Positions 27,083 to 37,796 of a stretch of 64,000 bases of DNA are shown one piece after another. Location of the stretch: contig CBDFIQ010000002.1 of assembly GCA_965248195.1 (NCBI GenBank), positions 96,001-160,000 on the forward strand, written 5' to 3'. The position numbers and the translations under genes were made by a program. The stretch's first letter is position 1; each line of letters begins with the position of its first letter. Origin of the DNA: Longimicrobiales bacterium (GTDB lineage: Bacteria; Gemmatimonadota; Gemmatimonadetes; Longimicrobiales; Gaopeijiaceae). The notes under the pieces are model-generated. The model saw only the letters and a list, made by a program, of their open reading frames with translations, did no database searches and was not told the DNA's origin.

Positions 27083-28960
27083 CTAGGGCCGTCTTACGAT
27101 GAGGTAGTGGCCGACCTCAATTGCGAGTGGGTAACGCGCCTCCAACTCCTGCATCAACGCCAGCGGAGGGGCCCCTGAGAATGATGGGTTGAGTTTAATG
27201 ACAACGATGCCCACATCGTGCTCGTCCAGCGTACTCAGAACTCGCTCCACACGCTCATCGTCCTCCGAGAAAAAGTCGAAAAGCACCCCTGTCGGGTTTC
27301 GGAGCCCGCTCAGAAAGTAAACCTCCGGGGCGTCCGGAAAGGCCAGCGTGGCTCCTCCCGGAGAGAGCTGCTGAAGAGTCGCGACCAGACGCTCTAACTC
27401 GTCTCGCTCTTCGGGCGTCACGCGAATGCCGCCTCTCTCCATCCTGAGGCGCTCGGTGTCGCGCCGAGTCTCATACCCCCCGAAACCCACCGTGACCATG
27501 TTCCCGGTCCCCAGCCATCGAACTCCAAACGCCAAAGCGAAGACCAACAGGACGGTACCGGGGAGATGCGCCTTCTTGCCACCGACTGCGACTAGCGCCA
27601 GCGCCACGAGCGGAATCAGGCTTCCCACGTACAGCGTGTAGATCGCTCCGGCGAAGGGGAATTGGGCCAGACCGAAGATGGCGGCCTGCGCCAGGAGCGC
27701 GGCAGCTAGAACGGGCTGAAGGTCGGGACGCAGCGTGCCCTTGGTCGAATTCGGGCGACCCCCCGACATCGCGACTCTCAAGACGAGTACCCCCGCGGCG
27801 ACGCACACGGGGATCGCTATGACGTATCCTGACCACACGGCCTGGAACACGGCCTGGTTTCCACCGATCGCGAGAATCACAACGAGAAGGATCACCGCTC
27901 CCCCGAGGAACGCCCATCGAGCGGTTCCGCGGAGCGCCCCGCCGAGCACGAGTACGGCGAAAAGCCCGAGGCTCGGAAGCGCCTGACCGAGCGTGGGAGG
28001 GGAAAGCGTGACTTCACCCACTCGTCTGAGTGGGGAGACGAAGACCCCTTGGATCAGCTCACCTAGGGCGCCCGATGCCACATACGGCACGGCGAATAGG
28101 AGGACGGGTACGAGCGCACCCGCGATTATGGGCCCGGCCGTCCGTACCGTCCGCGCGAGACGCTTTCCGGATGACAGGACATGCGGCTGCCGCCACTCGA
28201 AATAGACCATCAGGCCCGCTACGAGGCTCGTGGGGAGCAGGAAATGAACAGCACTCGGCCAGGAAAGGCTCGAGTAAATCAGGCCGACGATCATCAGAAC
28301 GAGAACCACAGCCGCCGTAGTGAGGACGACCGAGTACCAGCGTAGAACTTCTCGTACCGGTCCGGTGGAGTCTTCCGCTCTGCCGGCCGCGTCCTGCTCC
28401 AAGAAGCCGACCGCCAGAAGAAGCCCAGCGAGCGTATAGAGGCCGATCACCTTCATGAGGATCGAGGCGCCTGCGCAGGCTCCGGCAAAGACGAGCCACC
28501 GAGTCCGGGGCGATTCCAGGTAACGGGCAAGCCCCCAAACGGCTCCGACGGCGAGGAAGAGGTTGTACCAGCTGGGCATAGCGGCTGGATAGTTGGGCAT
28601 CCCCCAAACGGTCATGCAAAGAACCACCGCAGCCGAGGTCCGGGGAGCCGCGAATCTCCGTGCGATCGCGTACGACGCCCCCAAGAAAACCAAGAAAGAC
28701 AAGAAGAGAAGGATGCGGGGGGCGAGCAAATTCACTCCGAAGAGCACGAACGAGAGGGCGTTCCAGTACGCCAGGCCACCCGTGTACACGTCCGAGAAGT
28801 CCCGGTGTGGTAGCTGCCCGCCCAGAACACGGAGGGCCGTCTCCCCGAGTGTCCCGTCGTCGTGCGGTATCCAGCCGCGGTCCAGAAGAAGGGCCGCGTA
28901 GACGACTGCCGCCCCAAGCAGAATCATTACCAGGGGGTCCAGGCGGCGGGGACCTTTCAA
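27083..28960 (-). CDS. GT-C (ArnT/PMT-like) multi-pass membrane glycosyltransferase
   Basis: PHDDG..ALRVLGGQLPHRDF..YTGG N-terminal loop, many TM helices, soluble C-terminal domain; convergent with the GT2/methyltransferase genes. Confidence 0.75.
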   Translation of the reverse strand: MKGPRRLDPLVMILLGAAVVYAALLLDRGWIPHDDGTLGETALRVLGGQLPHRDFSDVYTGGLAYWNALSFVLFGVNLLAPRILLFLSFLVFLGASYAIARRFAAPRTSAAVVLCMTVWGMPNYPAAMPSWYNLFLAVGAVWGLARYLESPRTRWLVFAGACAGASILMKVIGLYTLAGLLLAVGFLEQDAAGRAEDSTGPVREVLRWYSVVLTTAAVVLVLMIVGLIYSSLSWPSAVHFLLPTSLVAGLMVYFEWRQPHVLSSGKRLARTVRTAGPIIAGALVPVLLFAVPYVASGALGELIQGVFVSPLRRVGEVTLSPPTLGQALPSLGLFAVLVLGGALRGTARWAFLGGAVILLVVILAIGGNQAVFQAVWSGYVIAIPVCVAAGVLVLRVAMSGGRPNSTKGTLRPDLQPVLAAALLAQAAIFGLAQFPFAGAIYTLYVGSLIPLVALALVAVGGKKAHLPGTVLLVFALAFGVRWLGTGNMVTVGFGGYETRRDTERLRMERGGIRVTPEERDELERLVATLQQLSPGGATLAFPDAPEVYFLSGLRNPTGVLFDFFSEDDERVERVLSTLDEHDVGIVVIKLNPSFSGAPPLALMQELEARYPLAIEVGHYLIVRRP

Positions 28961-29106
28961 CGCGAAGTCTCCTTCCGCGTGAGTTCTGGACGAAGGATAG
29001 GAGGTAGCCTAGTCAAAGCTTTTTGAAGCGTCGGGACAACGTGAGGGCCAGGGACAAAGCGGTCAACATGAGATCTCTGAATGGAGCGGTATCATGGTTG
29101 GGTTTG

Positions 29107-29176
29107 AACGGGATGTACAACACACTGGTACTCGTTCGTCAAACGGGATGTGCAACATCCGGCCCCTCATTCGTCA
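29107..29176 (+). promoter_or_regulatory. Tandem 35-bp repeat, each unit resembling an ECF promoter (CAAC-N15-CGTCA)
   Basis: Units 29107-29141 and 29142-29176 match at 27/35 positions; located 40 nt upstream of an ECF sigma gene. Confidence 0.55.
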
Positions 29177-29215
29177 TTAGATTTGAAAGGGGCCGATTGA
29201 TCGATCGAGGACGCC

Positions 29216-29722
29216 GTGGATGTAGACTGGGGAGAACTTTACAGGACCGCGCTGCCGGATCTGGTGCGCTTCCTTCACCGGAAGGTGTGGGATATGGAGC
29301 GCGCGAGGGATCTGGCGCAGGATACCTTCGTCCGGGCGCTCCGGGAGAATCCGGCTGATCCACGGGCTTGGCTGTTCACCGTCGCGGCCAACCTCGCCAG
29401 AGACGAGGCGCGTACGGCGATTCGCCGCAAGCGCCACTTGACGCTGCTGAAAACGGAAGCGGAAGTAAGCTCCGTGACCGTAGATCCAGTCGGGGAGCTC
29501 GAGCGGGGTGAACGGGAGGCCGTAGTTCGCCGGGCGCTCGAGGCGTTGAGCGAGCGAGATCGGGAGGCTCTCCTCCTCTGGGACGCGGGACTCGATTACG
29601 GTGAGATCGCGGGAACACTCGAGATCTCGACGGGATCGGTCGGCACCACGCTCGCCCGTGCCCGGGAGCGGCTCGTGAAGGCACATCGAGATCAGGAGCG
29701 GGATGATGTCGCACATCAGTAA
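29216..29722 (+). CDS. ECF sigma-70 factor
   Basis: ARDLAQDTFVRAL, AWLFTVAANLARD, LSERDREALLL, YGEIA..GSVGTTLARAR. Confidence 0.92.
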   Translation: MDVDWGELYRTALPDLVRFLHRKVWDMERARDLAQDTFVRALRENPADPRAWLFTVAANLARDEARTAIRRKRHLTLLKTEAEVSSVTVDPVGELERGEREAVVRRALEALSERDREALLLWDAGLDYGEIAGTLEISTGSVGTTLARARERLVKAHRDQERDDVAHQ

Positions 29723-30917
29723 GGGAGACATTCACGCCTACCTCGACGGCGCGTTGGGCGCCTATCCGGAGGAGGCCGCCAGGCACGTTCGGGAACACCT
29801 GGATGCATGCCGGGTGTGTGCGCAGTCGCTCGAGGGTGAAAGGCGCCTGCGGGAAGAGGCGTCCGCGATCCTTGCGGCTTCGGCCCAGGGACCGGTGGAA
29901 CTCGACTCACTCGAGGAGCTGCGGGCCAGGGCCGCCGCGGTCGCAGGGCAGGAGCGGGCCGAAGGGGCCGAGGGGTCTGAGCGGACAGAGAGGGCCCGAC
30001 CCTCGCTGGGCACCCGTATGTACTCGCTTCGTTGGGCGGCGATGGTGGTGATATCGCTCGGGGCCGGTTGGATGGCCCGGGATCTTACGGGGCCGGCGGG
30101 CGATGTCGGCCGCGGGGCCCTGACCGAGCCCGTCGTGACCAGCATCGGGTTGCGGCCGTCCGCGGATGACCAGCGTCTGGAACGTGACAACGCCGGGGGA
30201 CTCGCTGAAGCGGAAACCCTGCGCGAGTCCCAACCTGCGGCGGCCGGTCGGCTCGCTGAAGCGGAGACACCGCCCGAGTCGCCAGATGCCGTGGCTGTCG
30301 GGGGGGTCGCCCTTGGTTCCGACCGGAGCGCTGGTCGGTTCGATGACGATGCGGTCCTGGATCAGGTGGAGGCTGTGCCTGCTCGACAGCGGGTAGAGTC
30401 GGCTGCTGCTCGTGGGGTGGAGCTCGCCGACGGGAACGTGAGGGCCCCGGCAGCGGAACCCCCGCCGCAGGCGCTGGCCCTCTCCGAGGAGCTCCGTCGC
30501 TCCGTGTCGGCTGCGGACCGGCGAGACGGAGCCTCGCTGTTTAGCGACGCCGCGCCGGGACCTTCTGGGGTCCCCTCGGCCTCCACGACTTCATTTCTGG
30601 TGCCGGGACTGCCGGTCCGTGATGTGCGGTTGGATGTGGAGACCGAGGGCCTGGCCGGAGCGCGCGGCGGTTCGGTGGTCGTGACTCAGGAGTTAGAAGA
30701 TGGGCGCCTCGTCGAGCTTCAGTTCATTCCGGTGGCCGGAAGCGATCCGGCGCCCGGCGAGCCAACGCAGGAGCGAAGCGGCTTCCTCGGCCGTACACGG
30801 CCGGCGGGTTGGAGAATGGCCGTGCGCGACGTGCCTGGAGGTGTGGCGGTGTTGTCGGGCCCACTCACCGAGCGTGAGTTGGAGGAGCTGTTGGACCGCG
30901 CCTTGGGGCCGCGCTGA
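29703..30917 (+). CDS. Zinc-finger anti-sigma factor
   Basis: HAYLDG, HLDACRVC, TM WAAMVVISLGAGW, low-complexity extracytoplasmic part. Confidence 0.82.
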   Translation: MMSHISKGDIHAYLDGALGAYPEEAARHVREHLDACRVCAQSLEGERRLREEASAILAASAQGPVELDSLEELRARAAAVAGQERAEGAEGSERTERARPSLGTRMYSLRWAAMVVISLGAGWMARDLTGPAGDVGRGALTEPVVTSIGLRPSADDQRLERDNAGGLAEAETLRESQPAAAGRLAEAETPPESPDAVAVGGVALGSDRSAGRFDDDAVLDQVEAVPARQRVESAAARGVELADGNVRAPAAEPPPQALALSEELRRSVSAADRRDGASLFSDAAPGPSGVPSASTTSFLVPGLPVRDVRLDVETEGLAGARGGSVVVTQELEDGRLVELQFIPVAGSDPAPGEPTQERSGFLGRTRPAGWRMAVRDVPGGVAVLSGPLTERELEELLDRALGPR

Positions 30918-31066
30918 AGCTCGCCCTCTGATCGGATCCGCGGGATTACTGCGAGGGGCGGCTGGCGTCCACCGTTTCGGCAGGTAAGTTATGGGCCCCG
31001 AACCCTCCGCTCCGGTCCTTCTGACGGGCGCGGACCACCTCTCTGGCGAATGCGTAGGAAGGTCTG

Positions 31067-32608
31067 ATGAAATCAGGGTATTTGGTGTCGACGCTCTTCT
31101 TCATGGTGACAGCGGCCGGCTCCGCCTGTGCTCAGGAGCGAGCTAACGGCGAACTCCAGCCCCTCCCCGAAAATGTGGTAGCGGCGGCCGCGTCCATTGA
31201 TCCGGGCGAATATCTGCGAAAGCTCGGCGTGATCGCCCACGACAGCATGAGCGGCAGGGATACCCCTAGCCCTGGCCTCGAGATGACGGCCGCGTGGATC
31301 GCCAGCGAGTTCGACCGGGTGGGCCTGGTGCCCATGGGCGATGGCGGATCCTACGTGCAGCGTTACCCGATCGAGACGGTCCGGCCTGATCTGGTTGCAT
31401 CTTCCGCGAAGGTGAATGGCGGAGGTGACCTACGCTTCGGTCGCGACCTTGTGATCGCAGGGGCGTCCGAGGGAGACCTCGAGGGAGAGGTGGTGATGCT
31501 CGTGGGTACGGGTGAGATGACCCCCGCAGCGGTCTCCGAGATCGTAGGGAAGCACGTAGTCGTGGCTTCGATGCCTGGTGGACTTGATCGCGAGGGACGG
31601 AGGTTCGTGACGAACCTGCGCCGGGACGGAGCGATTTCCGTGCTCGTGGTCGTCGACGCAGCGGATCGTGCGTGGAATCAATACGTCGAGCGTCTTTCGG
31701 GTAGCAGCGCCATCCGGCTGGGCCGCAACCGTACACAGACGGGCTTCTCCGTAGAGGTGCGCGCCGGCGCCATCCGGCCGATTCTCTCGGCCCATGGCGT
31801 TGACCTCGACAAGGCTAGTGGGCCGGGGGCCGTGTCCATCATGGACGTGCCCGGATTGGCGCTTACGCTCTCGCCCAGGGTCCAGGTGCTACAGAGCCAG
31901 TCCGCTCCGAATGTGGTCGGAATCCTCGAAGGCAGCGACCCGGTCCTCAAGGAGGAGTACGTGGTCTTCAGTGCCCACATGGATCACATCGGAATCGGCC
32001 CCCCCAACGCCGAGGGGGACAGCATCAACAACGGGGCCGATGACGACGCCTCCGGGACCGCGGCAGTCCTCGAGATCGCCGAGGCGTTTGCGTCGCTTCC
32101 CACGAAGCCGAAGCGCTCCATGATCTTCTTGTTGGTGAGCGGTGAAGAGAAGGGCCTTTGGGGTAGCGCGTATTTTGCGGAAAACCCGCCTGTGCCCGTC
32201 GAGCGCATGGTGGCTGACCTGAACGCCGACATGGTCGGACGTAACTGGCCGGACACGATCGTTGCGATCGGCATGGAGCACTCCGATCTCGGCGAGACGC
32301 TCGGGCTCGTGAATGAAGCGCATCCCGAACTCGGAATGACGGCTATCGACGACATCTGGCCCGACGAGCGTTTCTACTTCCGCTCCGACCACTACAACTT
32401 CGCCCGAAAGGGAGTCCCGATTCTCTTCTTCTTCAACGGAACCCACGAGGACTATCACGGGCGTGACGACGAGGTGGATCGCATCGACCCAGAGAAGGCG
32501 GTGAGAATCAGCCGGTTGATCTTCTACCTTGGATACGAGTTGGCCAACCGCTCTGAGCGCCCCCGATGGAATCCCGAAAGCCGGCGCCAGATCGTAACGG
32601 ACCGGTAG
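31067..32608 (+). CDS. M28 family metallopeptidase with PA insert, exported
   Basis: SAHMDH, NGADDDASG, GEEKGLWGS, NADMVGR, RSDHYNF, HEDYH. Confidence 0.92.
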   Translation: MKSGYLVSTLFFMVTAAGSACAQERANGELQPLPENVVAAAASIDPGEYLRKLGVIAHDSMSGRDTPSPGLEMTAAWIASEFDRVGLVPMGDGGSYVQRYPIETVRPDLVASSAKVNGGGDLRFGRDLVIAGASEGDLEGEVVMLVGTGEMTPAAVSEIVGKHVVVASMPGGLDREGRRFVTNLRRDGAISVLVVVDAADRAWNQYVERLSGSSAIRLGRNRTQTGFSVEVRAGAIRPILSAHGVDLDKASGPGAVSIMDVPGLALTLSPRVQVLQSQSAPNVVGILEGSDPVLKEEYVVFSAHMDHIGIGPPNAEGDSINNGADDDASGTAAVLEIAEAFASLPTKPKRSMIFLLVSGEEKGLWGSAYFAENPPVPVERMVADLNADMVGRNWPDTIVAIGMEHSDLGETLGLVNEAHPELGMTAIDDIWPDERFYFRSDHYNFARKGVPILFFFNGTHEDYHGRDDEVDRIDPEKAVRISRLIFYLGYELANRSERPRWNPESRRQIVTDR

Positions 32609-32664
32609 CGTCCAGCACGGACCTTCTCCGGAGCATGGCTGCGGCACTTAGGTCCATCAAATGG

Positions 32665-32698
32665 AAAAAAATGCCCCCGCCCTGGAGGGCGAGGGGCA
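32665..32698 (-). terminator. Rho-independent terminator of the STAS gene
   Basis: A-run (U-tract on the minus strand) next to the GC-rich hairpin TGCCCCCGCCCT-GG-AGGGCGAGGGGCA. Confidence 0.6.
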
Positions 32699-32725
32699 CG
32701 GAGAGCGGGGGAGGCCCAGTCGGTG

Positions 32726-33043
32726 CTAGTTCAGCGGTCCCCAAGGGGATCTGACCCGAATGAAGAGGTCGTCCAGGCCCATCGCCTCGAGCACGGACCA
32801 CGCGTTCTCCGGCAGCCCCATGAGCCACACCTGGCGATCTTCGGAGTGGGCGAGGCGTTGCGCGGTCAAAAGGAGCGTAAGTCCCTCAAAATCAACGACA
32901 TGGGAGTCTGTGAAATCGATCAAGACATCCGACTTGGTGTCTTCTGGGACGTGTACGGCGACTTCGGGCACGGCTTCAACGACGGGCGTTACCGCCGGGG
33001 AGCTTCGGCCCCAAGTGTTGCTGTCGTGTCCGCTCATGACCAC
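32726..33043 (-). CDS. STAS-domain (anti-anti-sigma-like) protein
   Basis: VLIDFTDSHVVDFEGLTLLL..QVWLMGL..VLEAMGLDDLF follows the STAS pattern. Confidence 0.75.
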   Translation of the reverse strand: MVMSGHDSNTWGRSSPAVTPVVEAVPEVAVHVPEDTKSDVLIDFTDSHVVDFEGLTLLLTAQRLAHSEDRQVWLMGLPENAWSVLEAMGLDDLFIRVRSPWGPLN

Positions 33044-33264
33044 CTCCTCGTTCAGATCGAGGGAGCCGGCGATGCGATGCCGGTCCGATCTGACTTAACT
33101 TCAAGAGTCGTGCCACAGCGGAGAATTCCCTCGGATTGGCCGCAAAACCGGTCCGCCCGATCTCGACATGGCGAAACGTGGATCTCCGTGGAAGATTAAG
33201 GACCCGGAGTCGTGCGGTTGGGCTCGGGATCAGATTGCCATCGGAGTCGGTCGAGGAGGCAGCG

Positions 33265-33816
33265 TTGAGTCGATTACACGGAGCCATGGTTGGGGCGCTC
33301 GGGCTCATGAGCGCGATACCGCTTTCACTTGCGGCCCAACGGCGCGTCCCCGACCAAACGGACATCGACGCTTATCATGCCACCGTAGCCCGGGCGTTCT
33401 CCCTTCCCCCCGATGAGGTCGGCATTCTTTCGGAGTGGCCACTCGACGCCGATGAGATCGCGGTGGTCCTGTTCGTCGCCAGAAACGTGGGGGTCTCGCC
33501 CGACGCGGTGGCGTCGCTCAGAAGCTCTGGCCTTACCTGGGCGAGCATTCTGCGAACGTATTCCGTGGGTCCTGGTGCGCTGCAGATCTCCTTCCCCGCG
33601 GGGACCAGTCTGGGACCTCTCGAAGAGACGTACCGTACCTTTTCGGAGACACCGAGAACCTCCTGGGCAACGATCGACCTTTCAGATCAGACAGTGATCG
33701 CACTGGTGAACATTCGAATTCTCGCGCGGGAGGTCGGGGTCACGGTCGGCCGCGCGCTCCGGACCTGGGATGGTGTGGGAGACTTCGTCTTGGTTCACCA
33801 AAGGATCACAAGGTGA
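33265..33816 (+). CDS. Hypothetical exported protein
   Basis: GAGGAGG SD before TTG at 33265, signal-peptide-like N-terminus, GTGA coupling to the next gene. Confidence 0.6.
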   Translation: MSRLHGAMVGALGLMSAIPLSLAAQRRVPDQTDIDAYHATVARAFSLPPDEVGILSEWPLDADEIAVVLFVARNVGVSPDAVASLRSSGLTWASILRTYSVGPGALQISFPAGTSLGPLEETYRTFSETPRTSWATIDLSDQTVIALVNIRILAREVGVTVGRALRTWDGVGDFVLVHQRITR

Positions 33817-34499
33817 CCCAGGCAATGGGAACGCCCTCGGGACTCGTGCCGTTGTCCAGCTACGTCGAGTTGCCTGCGGATGAGATGCGGGAGCGTGCGA
33901 GTGCATTCCTGAACGAGGCTCAGCGCCGCCGTACGGTCCGTGATTTTTCCGACCGGCCCGTTCCCCGAGACATCATCGAAATGTGCATCCTCGCGGCTGG
34001 TACCGCACCAAACGGAGCCCACCGGCAACCATGGCGTTTCGTGGCCGTTTCGGATCCGGAGATCAAACGAGTCATCCGTGTGGCTGCCGAGAAGGAGGAA
34101 CAGGCGTTCTACGGGGGTCGCGCGCCCGAAGAGTGGCTAGAGGTTCTGGCACCCCTGGGCACGGATGACACGAAGCCGTTTCTCGAAAGGGCCCCATACC
34201 TGATCGTGGTTTTCGGAGAGAGCTACGCGGTCGACAAGGGCGGTGAAAAGAGCAAGAACTATTACGTGACCGAATCCGTGGGTATCGCCACCGGGATGCT
34301 CATCACCGCTGTTCACCGAGCCGGTCTCGTTTCGTTGACCCACACCCCCTCACCGATGGCATTTCTTAATGAGATACTCGGGCGGCCCGAAAATGAGCGA
34401 CCCTTTCTGATCCTGGTAGTAGGCTATCCCGCCCCTGACGCAACCGTCCCGGAACTCCGGAGGAAGTCGTTGGAAGAAATCGCGACCTTCCTCGAATGA
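33813..34499 (+). CDS. Nitroreductase family, iodotyrosine deiodinase (IYD)-like
   Basis: [21 protein letters not shown], lid EKEEQAFY..W...[40 protein letters not shown]. Confidence 0.85.
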   Translation: MTQAMGTPSGLVPLSSYVELPADEMRERASAFLNEAQRRRTVRDFSDRPVPRDIIEMCILAAGTAPNGAHRQPWRFVAVSDPEIKRVIRVAAEKEEQAFYGGRAPEEWLEVLAPLGTDDTKPFLERAPYLIVVFGESYAVDKGGEKSKNYYVTESVGIATGMLITAVHRAGLVSLTHTPSPMAFLNEILGRPENERPFLILVVGYPAPDATVPELRRKSLEEIATFLE

Positions 34500-36421
34500 T
34501 GGAGCAGGCCGTCGCTTCCGAGATGGGAAAAGGCTCGATCCGTGCCTTTACGAAGGCCCTTCTCAAGGACCTCCAGGCCCTCGAACGGATGCTGGATGAG
34601 GGCCTGATCGAGTCCGGTGTACGCCGGTTTGGTTGCGAGCAGGAAATGTTCCTGGTCAACCAGGCTTGGCGCCCCGCGCCGGTCGCCATGGAGGTTCTCG
34701 ATCGGCTCGAGGGAGGAGCGTTCACCACGGAGTTGGCGCGCTTCAACCTCGAGATGAACCTCGAGCCCATGATGCTTGGTGGCGGTTGCTTTAGCGCGCT
34801 CCAGACCAACATCGAGGAACTCCTGGACATGGTACGTGCGGCCGCGAGCGAGGAGGGCGCAGATGTGGTTCTGGTGGGCATCCTTCCCACCCTCGGCAAG
34901 TCTGACCTCACGCTCGACAATATCAGTCCGATTCCGCGGTACTATGCTCTAAACGAGTCGCTGACGAGGATGCGTGGGGGGGCGTACAGGCTCCAACTCG
35001 AGGGGCATGACGAACTCCAGATCGAACACGATTCGGTGATGCTGGAGGCGTGCAACAGCAGTTGTCAGGTTCACCTTCAAGTCGACGCGGTGGACTTCGC
35101 GGCGATGTATAACGTTGCCCAGGCCATAACCGGCCCGGTCCTGGCCGCCGCCGTCAATTCGCCCATCCTATTCGGCAAGCGTCTCTGGGCCGAGACCCGA
35201 ATCGCTCTATTTCGCCAATCCCTTGATACGCGAAGCACTTCGGTTCACCTCCGCGATTTCAGCCCACGGGTGCGATTCGGTGATCGGTGGGTGAAGGAGT
35301 CCGTGACCGAGCTTTTCCAAGAGGACATCGCCCAGTTCAGGGTGTTGTTGGCTCAGGAGACCGTGGAGGATCCCTTCGAGCAATTAGCGGGCGGGGGCAT
35401 CCCTCGACTGCAGGCGCTCCAACTCCACAACAGCACAGTGTATCGGTGGAACCGGCCCTGTTATGGAATTTCGGAAGGGAAATCCCATCTCCGCATCGAG
35501 TGCCGCATGTTGCCCTCAGGCCCGACCGTGCTGGACGAGGTGGCGAATGCGGCTTTCTGGATCGGCTTGGTTCTTGGCTTGCAGAGCGAATACGGCGACA
35601 TCACGGAGAGGCTGAGCTTCGACGACGCGAAGCACAACTTCCTGACGGCCTCGCGCCAGGGGCTCAACGCCGGATTTCACTGGGTCGATGGAGAGACGGT
35701 TACCGCGCCGAAGCTCATTCTCGAAACGCTGATTCCGTTGGCTCGGAGAGGCCTGGAGTCATCCGTCGATCGATCCGAAATCGACAAATATCTCGGTGTG
35801 ATTCACGACCGGGTTGAGCATTGTGGGACCGGCTCCGAGTGGATGATGCGCTCATTGTCCCAGATGAAGGACCGCGGTACGCGCTCCGAACGCATGACGG
35901 CGCTTACGGCCGCCATCGCCGATCGGCAGATGGAAGGGAAGCCCTGCCATGAGTGGGCGTTGGCGCGGCTGGATGAAGCGGGCGGTTGGACCCAGAATTA
36001 TGTGAAGGTGGAACACTACATGACCACCCAGCTCTTCACGGTGCAGGAGGATGAGCTGCTCGAGATGGTGGCCTTCTTGATGGAGCGGAACCAGATTCGC
36101 CACGTGCCGGTGGAGGATGATCAGCATCGGCTGGTGGGTCTGGTATCGTATCGATCCATCCTACGGATGATCGCCAATGTGGGGAGCGAAAGGGACAAGG
36201 GGACCACGCCCGTGAAGACGATCATGGAGACGGATCCGGTGAGCGTAACGCCCGAGACCTCCACGCTCGAGGCCATCGACCTGATGCGGAGGAAGGGCGT
36301 GTCCTGCCTGCCCGTGTTGAAAGGCGAAAAGCTTGTGGGGCTCGTCACCGAGGCGGACTTCATGCCGATCGCATACCAGCTGCTGGAGAAACAGCTGACG
36401 GAGGCAGCCAAGGAGGAGTAA
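34496..36421 (+). CDS. Glutamate-cysteine ligase family 2 (GCS2) protein with C-terminal CBS pair
   Basis: [38 protein letters not shown], then two CBS motifs. Confidence 0.85.
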   Translation: MMEQAVASEMGKGSIRAFTKALLKDLQALERMLDEGLIESGVRRFGCEQEMFLVNQAWRPAPVAMEVLDRLEGGAFTTELARFNLEMNLEPMMLGGGCFSALQTNIEELLDMVRAAASEEGADVVLVGILPTLGKSDLTLDNISPIPRYYALNESLTRMRGGAYRLQLEGHDELQIEHDSVMLEACNSSCQVHLQVDAVDFAAMYNVAQAITGPVLAAAVNSPILFGKRLWAETRIALFRQSLDTRSTSVHLRDFSPRVRFGDRWVKESVTELFQEDIAQFRVLLAQETVEDPFEQLAGGGIPRLQALQLHNSTVYRWNRPCYGISEGKSHLRIECRMLPSGPTVLDEVANAAFWIGLVLGLQSEYGDITERLSFDDAKHNFLTASRQGLNAGFHWVDGETVTAPKLILETLIPLARRGLESSVDRSEIDKYLGVIHDRVEHCGTGSEWMMRSLSQMKDRGTRSERMTALTAAIADRQMEGKPCHEWALARLDEAGGWTQNYVKVEHYMTTQLFTVQEDELLEMVAFLMERNQIRHVPVEDDQHRLVGLVSYRSILRMIANVGSERDKGTTPVKTIMETDPVSVTPETSTLEAIDLMRRKGVSCLPVLKGEKLVGLVTEADFMPIAYQLLEKQLTEAAKEE

Positions 36422-36457
36422 CGCCACGACTCGTGAGGCAGATGGAGGAATCCGTGG

Positions 36458-36890
36458 ATGTGCGGTCGGTATAGCCTGACGACGCCGGTGGACCATCTCA
36501 TCGAGGTCTTCGACGTTCCCCCGGTGACGTTCGACTACCGCCCGCGGTACAACATCGCTCCCTCACAAGATGTGCCGGTGGTCGCTTCCGACAGGCACGG
36601 CGCAAGGCTGGGCTTGCTGCGCTGGGGACTCGTACCTGCCTGGGCTGACGATCCCGCGACCGGTTCGCGAATGATCAACGCCAGAGCCGAGACCTTGCTG
36701 GACAAGTCCTCTTTCAGGGAAGCCGCCGTATCCCGGCGTTGCCTTGTCCCGGCCGACGGATTCTACGAATGGTCGAAGGAAGGTGGCCGCAAGGTTCCGT
36801 TTTGGATTCACCCTCCGGACCGCGAGCCAATGGGGTTGGCCGGGATTTGGGAGCGCTGGCATCCCGAGGGACCCGAGCCCGTCTACTCCA
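36458..36890 (+). pseudogene. SOS response-associated peptidase (SRAP/YedK/HMCES), C-terminally truncated
   Basis: MCGRY, PRYNIAPSQ, RWGLVP, INARAET, RRCLVPADGFYEW, AGIWE; similarity stops at PEPVYS and the HxRMP C-terminal part is absent. Confidence 0.85.
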
Positions 36891-37796
36891 CGGGTCGAGC
36901 TTGAGAAGCGGCATCCGCCACTCGGCGGCGACCGCCTTGGCGCACAGGCTCTTGCCACATCCGGGCACGCCCAGGAGCAGCATGCCACGGGGAAAGCTCA
37001 GGCCGAACTCCTCGGCTCGCTCCGGCTGTGTGACCACGGCCTTCCGCTTCCCCAGCCACGCTTTCAGGCTGCGGAGGTCCGCAATCTTCGAGAGCGCCGC
37101 CTCCACTGGGTAGTACTCCAGCAGACCATCCTTCTCGACGATTGCGATCTTCGCCTCGATCACGTGGCGAATGTCCTCCACCGCGAGCTTTCCGTCCTCG
37201 ATGATCGCCTTGGTCAGGATCTTCTTCGACTCCATGAGCGTGAGTCCGGCCAGGTGCCGAACCAGGAGTGTGATCTCGTCCTCGGTCAACGCCATGTCGA
37301 CATGCTGCCGCTTGGTCACGTCCCGAACGATCTGGGAGAGCAACTCCTTGTATTCCTCATGGGTCGGGCCCGGCATCGTGACGACCGTCGCCATCCGCTC
37401 CACGGCGTCGGGGAAGGGAATTCCCCGCCCAGTCACGAGAATCGCTCCACCGACGCTGGAAACCGTCTCGGCGGCCTCCTTCATCTGGGCAGCCAGGACG
37501 GCGTCTTGGTTCAGATGTGGCCCGAGATCCTTGAAGTGGTAGAGTCCGGGCTGATCGGATGCCGCTACGTGACGAAAGGCCTTCGCGGGATTCTCGGTGT
37601 CGTACACGGTTCCAGGTAGGTCCACTCTGCCCAGGCCCCGGACACGAGTCCAGGCGAACAAGGGCTGGTCGAGGCGGTCCGCCACGTGGAGGAGAAGCGC
37701 GGAGACGCGATCCTCCTCCTCGGTATCGAGATGCAGCAACTGGTGCCCTGAACGGACCAGGAGCACCAGGTCGTGAACCGGACCGATCTTGCTCAC
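36891..37796 (-). pseudogene. Ycf46-like AAA+ ATPase, truncated just after Walker A
   Basis: LKAWL..PRGMLLLGVPGCGKSLCAKAVAAEW..PLLKLDP, then the frame reads into antisense SRAP; no Walker B or SRH. Confidence 0.85.

Noticed and set aside
36458..37796. SRAP + AAA ATPase as an anti-phage defence system
   Set aside because: The genes are convergent and both truncated, with no nuclease or effector partner visible.
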